From IMG/VR virus record IMGVR_UViG_3300042511_000631, positions 32,519 through 96,518 of that record: a stretch of 64,000 bases of DNA. One strand, 5' to 3'. Below the pieces are notes generated by a model that saw nothing but the letters and a program-made list of their open reading frames with translations, did not search any database and was not told the origin of the DNA. The stretch comes from a virus. Shown piece after piece: positions 49,941 to 55,550 of the stretch (position 1 is its first letter; every line of letters begins with the position of its first letter). Position numbers and translations under genes: made by a program.

Positions 49941-49985
49941 ACCATTTAGCAATTATTTTTTTATTTTTTACGCGCCTCTCTCAAT

Positions 49986-50029
49986 ACCCTATCCCGAAGG
50001 GATAAGGGGAGGGTGGGCCAACACAAACA
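49986..50029 (+). repeat. Hairpin/G4 repeat copy 4
   Basis: Identical core to copy 2. Confidence 0.95.
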
Positions 50030-50082
50030 TATTAGGCATTGGGAAAAGAAGTTTTGGCACCCTATATAAAACGCGGGCACAG

Positions 50083-50110
50083 AAAAGCCCCGGGGGGAAG
50101 GCCGGGGCTG
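50083..50110 (-). terminator. Intrinsic terminator
   Basis: AGCCCCGG/CCGGGGCT stem plus AAAA. Confidence 0.75.
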
Positions 50111-50135
50111 ATCTGTTTATCTGATAGGGATAAAG

Positions 50136-50228
50136 CTAGTTCTCGCAATCGCTACAGGTTGGTTGGCCGTCAACCAGATGATAGCCGGTAATTTCATCTA
50201 CCGGTGAGCCACAACTCCAGCATTTCAT
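50136..50228 (-). CDS. 30-aa C4 zinc-finger microprotein
   Basis: MKCWSCG..CSDCEN; ATGA-coupled to ArdC. Confidence 0.6.
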   Translation of the reverse strand: MKCWSCGSPVDEITGYHLVDGQPTCSDCEN

Positions 50229-51103
50229 GCGCTCACCTCTTCCTTGACCTCGGCGCCTGTAATACACGCAACCGCTTTTTGCGCCTTCGCGCTCGCCTTA
50301 AAGATTAGGCTGGTGTCATTTTTTAGCGCGGTGAGCCAATTCTTTACATAAGCGCCACTATTAGGCAGATCGAATTCGATTCCCGCGGTTGATAACAGCA
50401 TACATGAGCCTAATTCTGCTACCAATTCCTCTTTGGCGTATGACTCGCAACCAAACGCGCTTGGCTTGTCTGCGGAATCCTTCCAGCGATTCACGCGTGA
50501 TTCGTGACCTGTGGAGTGAATCATCTCATGCGCGAAAGTGTAAGCATGCTCGCCTGCGCTGTCGAATTGCTTAAGTGCTGGCAAGGTGATCGAATCTGCG
50601 CTAGGTGAATAAAATGCGCCCGCTTGCTCGCGATAGTAAAGTGTAGGGCGGTTTGCGTATCCTTCCCAGATCGCGTTAATACCTTCTAAAGGTGTTACAG
50701 GCTCGCGGGTGTCTAGGTACTTACTAGGCAATTCGACACCTTCGGTTTGATCTAGGTTGAATACGCTGTCTAACTTATACATGAAGAAAGATTTAGCTGG
50801 ATCGCCCGCTGGCACTTTCTTATCTATGCGCGACATGAACACCACCTTGGTGGCTTTCTCGCCTTTCTTAACGCTTCCGCCCAATTTCTTTGCTTGGTTG
50901 AAAGTAATCCATAGCGGGCGGGAATACTCTAAACCCGCGATAGATAATAGAAGGTTATTTATGCCTTGGTAAGGTTTGCCAGTTTGTAATGATGTCGGCA
51001 TATAGCCATCGGTTGCCCAACCCTTGCGCCATGGCGCATTGCCTTGTTCTAGTTCTGCCATGATCAACCCTGTAACCATGTCCTTGATTTCTGCTTGATT
51101 CAT
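50225..51103 (-). CDS. ardC: ArdC-family antirestriction protein (ssDNA-binding plus zincin domain)
   Basis: PW.K.W, Y.GIN..LL, W.TFNQA..GG.VKKGEK, VFN..Q, AFY.P..D.I..P, HEMIHSTGH, YA.EELVAE. Confidence 0.9.
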   Translation of the reverse strand: MNQAEIKDMVTGLIMAELEQGNAPWRKGWATDGYMPTSLQTGKPYQGINNLLLSIAGLEYSRPLWITFNQAKKLGGSVKKGEKATKVVFMSRIDKKVPAGDPAKSFFMYKLDSVFNLDQTEGVELPSKYLDTREPVTPLEGINAIWEGYANRPTLYYREQAGAFYSPSADSITLPALKQFDSAGEHAYTFAHEMIHSTGHESRVNRWKDSADKPSAFGCESYAKEELVAELGSCMLLSTAGIEFDLPNSGAYVKNWLTALKNDTSLIFKASAKAQKAVACITGAEVKEEVSA

Positions 51104-51145
51104 TTCTATCCCCTATCAAAGGTCACCCGATTAGGTGATGAGATG

Positions 51146-51185
51146 AAGGTATTCTCTATCTCTATGAATTACAAGCCACGCGCCC
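51146..51185 (-). promoter_or_regulatory. Cassette promoter
   Basis: Degenerate box GGGCGCGTGG then TTGTAA-17-TACCTT. Confidence 0.6.
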
Positions 51186-51214
51186 ATTTATTAGGTAACG
51201 ATTAGATAACGATT

Positions 51215-51258
51215 TAATCCACAGCTTTATACACAGGCTGTGGATAACCTGTGGATAA
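51215..51258. promoter_or_regulatory. Cluster of four DnaA boxes
   Basis: TAATCCACA, TTATACACA, TGTGGATAA, TGTGGATAA, spaced 3/3/2 nt. Confidence 0.8.
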
Positions 51259-51266
51259 CTCTCTCC

Positions 51267-51310
51267 ACCCTATCCCGAAGGGATAAGGGGTGGGAGGGCC
51301 AACACAAACA
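51267..51310 (+). repeat. Hairpin/G4 repeat copy 5 (loop bases swapped)
   Basis: ACCCTATCCCGAAGGGATAAGGGGTGGGAGGGCCAACACAAACA. Confidence 0.95.
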
Positions 51311-51341
51311 TTAGGCATCGGGAAATATTATTTGGCGCCCT

Positions 51342-51373
51342 AAAAAAAAGAACCCCCGCTGGGTGCGGGGGCT
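51342..51373 (-). terminator. Intrinsic terminator
   Basis: CCCCCGC/GCGGGGG stem plus A8. Confidence 0.8.
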
Positions 51374-51390
51374 CGATCGATAGGGTTTAT

Positions 51391-51495
51391 CTAAACAGCT
51401 TCACAATCATGTCCGTAATACCACTCACTAGCCTCATTTTCGTTGGCCAGATTAAATATCTTCCAACAGTGCGCGCATCTAATAACAGCTTTCAT
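51391..51495 (-). CDS. 34-aa zinc-binding microprotein
   Basis: CAHC..HDC; AGAAAGG RBS. Confidence 0.6.
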   Translation of the reverse strand: MKAVIRCAHCWKIFNLANENEASEWYYGHDCEAV

Positions 51496-51520
51496 TTTTT
51501 TACCTTTCTAAAGTTGATGT

Positions 51521-51550
51521 GGTGAGCCTTTTAAACCCATGCTCAGGGGC
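51521..51550 (-). ncRNA. Small pseudoknot motif, copy 3
   Basis: GCCC-CTGAGCAT-GGGT-TTAAAAG-GCTCA. Confidence 0.6.
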
Positions 51551-51555
51551 TAGTG

Positions 51556-51693
51556 CTATAACTGCGCTAACAAGCCGTTGTATTCATCCCATGTAATTTG
51601 CTTGGTGTAAAACTGAATTCCTAGTGCTATTTCTTTTTGTTTGCGATCTTCCGGGCCGGAAACAAAAGTTTCGTACCAAGTAGCGTAATCCAT
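51556..51693 (-). CDS. 45-aa protein
   Basis: AGAAAGGA RBS; MDYATWYETF. Confidence 0.55.
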   Translation of the reverse strand: MDYATWYETFVSGPEDRKQKEIALGIQFYTKQITWDEYNGLLAQL

Positions 51694-51716
51694 TTTATAA
51701 TCCTTTCTAGTAAGAG

Positions 51717-51746
51717 GGTGAGCCTTTTAAACCCATGCTCAGGGGT
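51717..51746 (-). ncRNA. Small pseudoknot motif, copy 4
   Basis: ACCC-CTGAGCAT-GGGT-TTAAAAG-GCTCA. Confidence 0.6.
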
Positions 51747-51753
51747 GGGGATC

Positions 51754-52116
51754 TTAGTAGTCTAGAGTTTCGTAATTCTCTAGGTAAGCGATATCCGATT
51801 CGGCAGCGGGGGTGCTGTAAATGCGGATAGATGAAGGAACCATGTCGTAAAGGTTTTCATCGGCAAGTTCGTAAGCCTTTTCAGATGAGCGGGCTTTTAC
51901 AGTAATTTCAGCGGTGTAAAGGAAAGAAACCTTTACAGGGAACTCAGTTTCTAGCCCCTCAAGTCCTAGGCTTTCTAGGAACTCATTTGCGGTGTCCTCG
52001 TCAATGTCATTGTCATTAACAAAGTCAATGAAGGTGGTGCGAACCTGCTCCTTGTAATCAACCAAGGCGTTACGAGTTGCGTTGAGTAACGCAATCGTTT
52101 CTGGCGCGATGTCCAT
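51754..52116 (-). CDS. Acidic hypothetical protein
   Basis: ATG 52116 after TGATAGGGG. Confidence 0.65.
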   Translation of the reverse strand: MDIAPETIALLNATRNALVDYKEQVRTTFIDFVNDNDIDEDTANEFLESLGLEGLETEFPVKVSFLYTAEITVKARSSEKAYELADENLYDMVPSSIRIYSTPAAESDIAYLENYETLDY

Positions 52117-52163
52117 TTTATCCCCTATCAAGAGATTAAGTACCAGCGGTTGCTGATAGGTGT

Positions 52164-52205
52164 ATTTTGACAGGTAGCAAGTAGTGAGTCAATAGCGACA
52201 CGCCC
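52164..52205 (-). promoter_or_regulatory. Cassette promoter with GACAC box
   Basis: GGGCGTGTCG then TTGACT-17-CAAAAT with extended TG. Confidence 0.65.
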
Positions 52206-52256
52206 ATGTCGTATCATCGTTATAAGATCGTTATAAATGACCCCCCCTAGGGTTAA

Positions 52257-52272
52257 TCGAACGCCTGTTCGA
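52257..52272. promoter_or_regulatory. Actinobacterial LexA SOS box
   Basis: TCGAAC-GCCT-GTTCGA, a perfect match to TCGAAC-N4-GTTCGA. Confidence 0.75.
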
Positions 52273-52369
52273 GATCTCCACCAAGGGCTAGCCGTACCTA
52301 ACATGTAGCCCTCAAAGCAGTAGCCTAAAATGACCGGGGGGTGCTAAAAATTTTAATGAGGTTACCTAC

Positions 52370-52400
52370 TTGACAAGACAGTAGCCCATATTGTTAAACT
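52370..52400 (+). promoter_or_regulatory. Rightward leaderless promoter
   Basis: TTGACA-19-TAAACT (extended TG), 6 nt to ATG 52407. Confidence 0.6.
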
Positions 52401-52406
52401 GCGGGG

Positions 52407-52598
52407 ATGACAAACGAAGAGCTTATGTATGAGATAGAGCATTACTTGGCGGGGTCGCTAGAAAGCGGCAAGAGAAGCTGGAGAGGATTAGCTGCGGTGG
52501 CCAGATTGCACAAGCAACGAGAGGACAATTCTTGTCAACACTGTGTTACTTTCTACCCTTGCTCAACTATTAAAGCGATCGAGGCCGAGTTAGCGTGA
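52407..52598 (+). CDS. Small zinc-binding protein
   Basis: LH..CQHC..YPC.T. Confidence 0.6.
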   Translation: MTNEELMYEIEHYLAGSLESGKRSWRGLAAVARLHKQREDNSCQHCVTFYPCSTIKAIEAELA

Positions 52599-52768
52599 CG
52601 GAGAAGTTAATTACAGAGAAGCAAAAGTCAAAGCTTAAGAAGCTACTTGGCGCTCATGGCGTGGTCAAAGACCTAGATGGCTTAACCAAGGGCCAAGCGC
52701 AGCTAATGATAAATCGCCATCAGAAGTGGCATAAGCTAACCGATGAAGAGAAGGCTAAGCTAGCCTAA
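52595..52768 (+). CDS. 57-aa basic protein (not in ORF track)
   Basis: TEKQ..L..LTKGQAQ.MI; GTGA-coupled. Confidence 0.5.
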   Translation: MTEKLITEKQKSKLKKLLGAHGVVKDLDGLTKGQAQLMINRHQKWHKLTDEEKAKLA

Positions 52769-52846
52769 GGGGCCGGTGTCGCAACCGCGGTGTAGTTACC
52801 CTAGTTTTTCGCCTTCGAAAGTAACCGCCATTGCTATACTCAACTC

Positions 52847-52936
52847 ATGTGTAGAGAGTGCGGCAACTGTGCAACCGAACATGGTGCTCGAACAATTGAT
52901 GATGCAGTTGATGCCGTTTTAGACGCTCCCATTTAG
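52847..52936 (+). CDS. 29-aa Cys microprotein
   Basis: MCRECGNC..H; leaderless TATACT. Confidence 0.4.
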   Translation: MCRECGNCATEHGARTIDDAVDAVLDAPI

Positions 52937-52942
52937 TACCCT

Positions 52943-53176
52943 GTGCCTGTGACTTTTAACTCCTGGCTATTTGATAATATGGATACGCCTTCCCGCGCCA
53001 CAATATTTGGCAAAGTCATTTGGGCAGATATAAATAATGGCTGCGGCAGCAGTAAGTTCACCGCCGTTGATTGGCGTAGTCACTTTGAAGATAAACACCC
53101 AGAGCGCTGTAAAAAGCTTACAGATATGCTTTTACTGGCTTACGTCGAATACGCGCTGACTTTTAACTCCAAGTAG
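52943..53176 (+). CDS. Hypothetical protein
   Basis: ORF. Confidence 0.5.
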   Translation: MPVTFNSWLFDNMDTPSRATIFGKVIWADINNGCGSSKFTAVDWRSHFEDKHPERCKKLTDMLLLAYVEYALTFNSK

Positions 53177-53190
53177 GGCAAACTTTATCT

Positions 53191-53382
53191 ATGGCTGAAG
53201 ATAGAGCACGTGATAAGAGACGCGTTATTGATTTAACAGCGACCGCACGTAACAAAAGACTTAACGGCCGTGTTCAACCAGTTGAGGCAAGCTCAACTCA
53301 TAAGCATGAAGATGAAGCTTTAGATATTCATAAGCCAAAACTAATCGCCGGCCCAGGCTGGATGGGGGAAAATAAAGAATGA
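53191..53382 (+). CDS. Hypothetical protein with DRARD motif
   Basis: MAEDRARDKRR. Confidence 0.6.
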   Translation: MAEDRARDKRRVIDLTATARNKRLNGRVQPVEASSTHKHEDEALDIHKPKLIAGPGWMGENKE

Positions 53383-53711
53383 TTTCTACACCGCGTCAAT
53401 TTATGCCGCCTAGAACTGACCCTCAACGCACTGAGCAAATGAAACAATCTCCGTTACCTTTTGCTAAGCAACCTGTTTCACAACCTGGTTTCGTACCAGA
53501 TATGAGCGTTCCTGGCGGTGGAGCGTTTATTACTCGACCACCAGCTGGTCCACGTTACCTTGGCAACAAAGTTGAAGACATGCGCGTACCGGGCGGATTT
53601 AAAAAAATTCCTGTTGCACAACCTCCAAAATTTGTACCAGACATGCGTAAGCCTGGCGGAGATGCTAAAGGCGCTATGGCATGGATGAAGAAAAACCCAA
53701 CAAAGAAATAA
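53379..53711 (+). CDS. Pro-rich protein with (F)VPDM.(V/K)PGG repeats
   Basis: Three internal repeats. Confidence 0.6.
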   Translation: MISTPRQFMPPRTDPQRTEQMKQSPLPFAKQPVSQPGFVPDMSVPGGGAFITRPPAGPRYLGNKVEDMRVPGGFKKIPVAQPPKFVPDMRKPGGDAKGAMAWMKKNPTKK

Positions 53712-53712
53712 T

Positions 53713-53976
53713 ATGGCTAAGTCAGAAGCGTGGACACGCAAAGAAGGACAGAACCCTGAAGGTGGTTTAAACGCTAAAGGCCGTGCTTCTTTAAAAGCTA
53801 AAGGTCAAAATATTAAACCTCCTGTTTCAAAAGAGAAAGCAGCTAAGTCTCCTAAGTCAGCTGCGCGTCGTAAATCATATTGTGCTCGTTCTGCCGGACA
53901 AGCTAAAGACTTTCCTAAGGCAGCAGCAGATCCAAACAGCCGTTTGAACAAAGCTCGCAGAAAATGGGACTGCTAA
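53713..53976 (+). CDS. Conserved basic aquatic-phage protein (DUF6321-like)
   Basis: AW.RKEG.NP.GGLN.KGR..RRKS.CAR..DPNSR.NK..RKW.C. Confidence 0.65.
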   Translation: MAKSEAWTRKEGQNPEGGLNAKGRASLKAKGQNIKPPVSKEKAAKSPKSAARRKSYCARSAGQAKDFPKAAADPNSRLNKARRKWDC

Positions 53977-54141
53977 AGTGGACAACATGAAAACATGTAA
54001 AGTTATTAATTGCGAAAACACTTCGATAGTTTACTCAGGGACAGACGCTTTATGTCTCGGTGGGATTCCGACTGAAACGTATTGCTACACGTGTGCTAAT
54101 GCTTATGCACAAATAGATAGAGATATGTCCGAGGTGCTCTA

Positions 54142-54390
54142 ATGTTAAAACCTGGACGTCAATGGTCAATTAAAGCTGATGGTATGCCCGAACCAATGCC
54201 GCCTTCAGCATTTGCAAACCCAACACCAACACCAACATCAAAACTAACGCCAAAGCCAACACCTAAGCCTAAAAAGTTATATGTAGGCAGGGGAGGTATG
54301 CCTGAGTACAAACCTGTCGGTTCAGGTAACTCTGCAGCAGTTGGTGGTATTTCAGGCGGAAGCAGTAACGCAATGTTTGGATTACTATGA
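54142..54390 (+). CDS. P/G-rich small protein
   Basis: GAGGTG RBS. Confidence 0.55.
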   Translation: MLKPGRQWSIKADGMPEPMPPSAFANPTPTPTSKLTPKPTPKPKKLYVGRGGMPEYKPVGSGNSAAVGGISGGSSNAMFGLL

Positions 54391-54575
54391 GTAAAGTTAT
54401 TAAAGCTGCTGGAGAAAAGCACACTATTAAGAAGAACAAAAATGGTGAAGTTATTGTTGATCATGCCGGTAAAAAGGGCAAGTACGATAAGATTAACCTG
54501 ACAAAGAAGGCCGGGTCTAAGACAATTAAGCAAGGCGTTCAAGCTACTAAAGAATGGCATAAGAACAATGGCTGA
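54387..54575 (+). CDS. Lys-rich small protein
   Basis: Coupled ORF. Confidence 0.55.
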   Translation: MSKVIKAAGEKHTIKKNKNGEVIVDHAGKKGKYDKINLTKKAGSKTIKQGVQATKEWHKNNG

Positions 54576-54837
54576 GTCCCGAAATGGTTCTTTTTATGAA
54601 GGTAAGACTCCCACGCTTCTAGATGTGCATGAGGCATATACCTCTGGAAAAATTCCAATGGAAGAAGCTCAAGATTTAAACGTTAAATACGATCCTAGTA
54701 AAGTTACAAATGTTTTTAAAAGAGGAGACACAAAATATGTTCAAAAAAGAACTCAAGCTCACATGTTAAACTCTGTACTTAAACAAAAAAAGTTAGGCAA
54801 AGGGCGATACGCAAAAAAGAAGGATGACAATGGCTAA
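54568..54837 (+). CDS. Basic small protein
   Basis: Coupled ORF. Confidence 0.55.
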   Translation: MAESRNGSFYEGKTPTLLDVHEAYTSGKIPMEEAQDLNVKYDPSKVTNVFKRGDTKYVQKRTQAHMLNSVLKQKKLGKGRYAKKKDDNG

Positions 54838-55360
54838 GCCAAAGACCACTAATACATCTACACCTAAAGCGCCAAAGACTAAAGTCACCACTACGGAGAC
54901 ACCTAAAGCGCCAAAGACTAAAACTACTCGCGTAGACACTAATAAGTGGATGGGTACTTCTCCGCTTTCTGGCTCTGGTCAATCATGGTCTGCTTGGGGT
55001 AAGTCAAACCCTAACCGCGCTCTCAACGCAGCTCTAGCTGATGACCGCTTGCGTAAAACTCCGCGAGAAACAGCTAAGACAAATAGATTTAAAGAAGACG
55101 GCACAACCGAGGATCCTAAGCGCGAAGAGGCTGTACAAGCTTGGCGAGGCTTGCGCCCTCTATCTGGCAAGGGAACCTCTAAGTCAGAAGAAGAGAAAGA
55201 AATTCGCCGTAAGAAAATGATTAAGTGGGCTAAAGATAACCCTAACGCCCGCGATAACGCCCGTACAGCTCTTGGTAGAGAGCTAACCCGCGATGGTGAA
55301 ACCCCTGCCGCTAAAGCAAAAAAGAAAACAGCGCCAAAAAAGAAATCTAAGAAGCGATGA
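54824..55360 (+). CDS. K/T-rich protein
   Basis: TPKAPKTK repeat. Confidence 0.55.
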   Translation: MTMAKPKTTNTSTPKAPKTKVTTTETPKAPKTKTTRVDTNKWMGTSPLSGSGQSWSAWGKSNPNRALNAALADDRLRKTPRETAKTNRFKEDGTTEDPKREEAVQAWRGLRPLSGKGTSKSEEEKEIRRKKMIKWAKDNPNARDNARTALGRELTRDGETPAAKAKKKTAPKKKSKKR

Positions 55361-55548
55361 AAGATCCAGCACTAGGCCGCACCCGCGCTGAAAACAGCGG
55401 CGTAACCCCACCAGTAAGCCGTAATAAAGAATTTAGAAACATAAACGTAGGCATGTTTGCGGGGCCACGCCCCACCTATGGCCGATACAATGTATCCGAG
55501 CAAGCAGCGGATGTTTTAAACAGGTCGCTTAATAAGAAGACGAGGTAG
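55357..55548 (+). CDS. Small basic protein
   Basis: Coupled ORF. Confidence 0.5.
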   Translation: MKDPALGRTRAENSGVTPPVSRNKEFRNINVGMFAGPRPTYGRYNVSEQAADVLNRSLNKKTR

Positions 55549-55550
55549 TC

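Noticed and set aside
46144-51310. CRISPR array interpretation of the 44-bp repeats (with the Cas4-like gene)
   Set aside because: Repeats are more than 1 kb apart and separated by whole genes; no cas1/cas2; stand-alone Cas4-like nucleases are common in phages
46144-51310. Integron attC sites
   Set aside because: No GTTRRRY/RYYYAAC ends, no integrase in the window, and the cassettes have their own promoters
47480-51345. IdeR/DtxR boxes in the TT(A/T)GGC..CCCTA linkers after the repeats
   Set aside because: A motif recurs, but the spacing varies and does not fit the 19-bp IdeR palindrome
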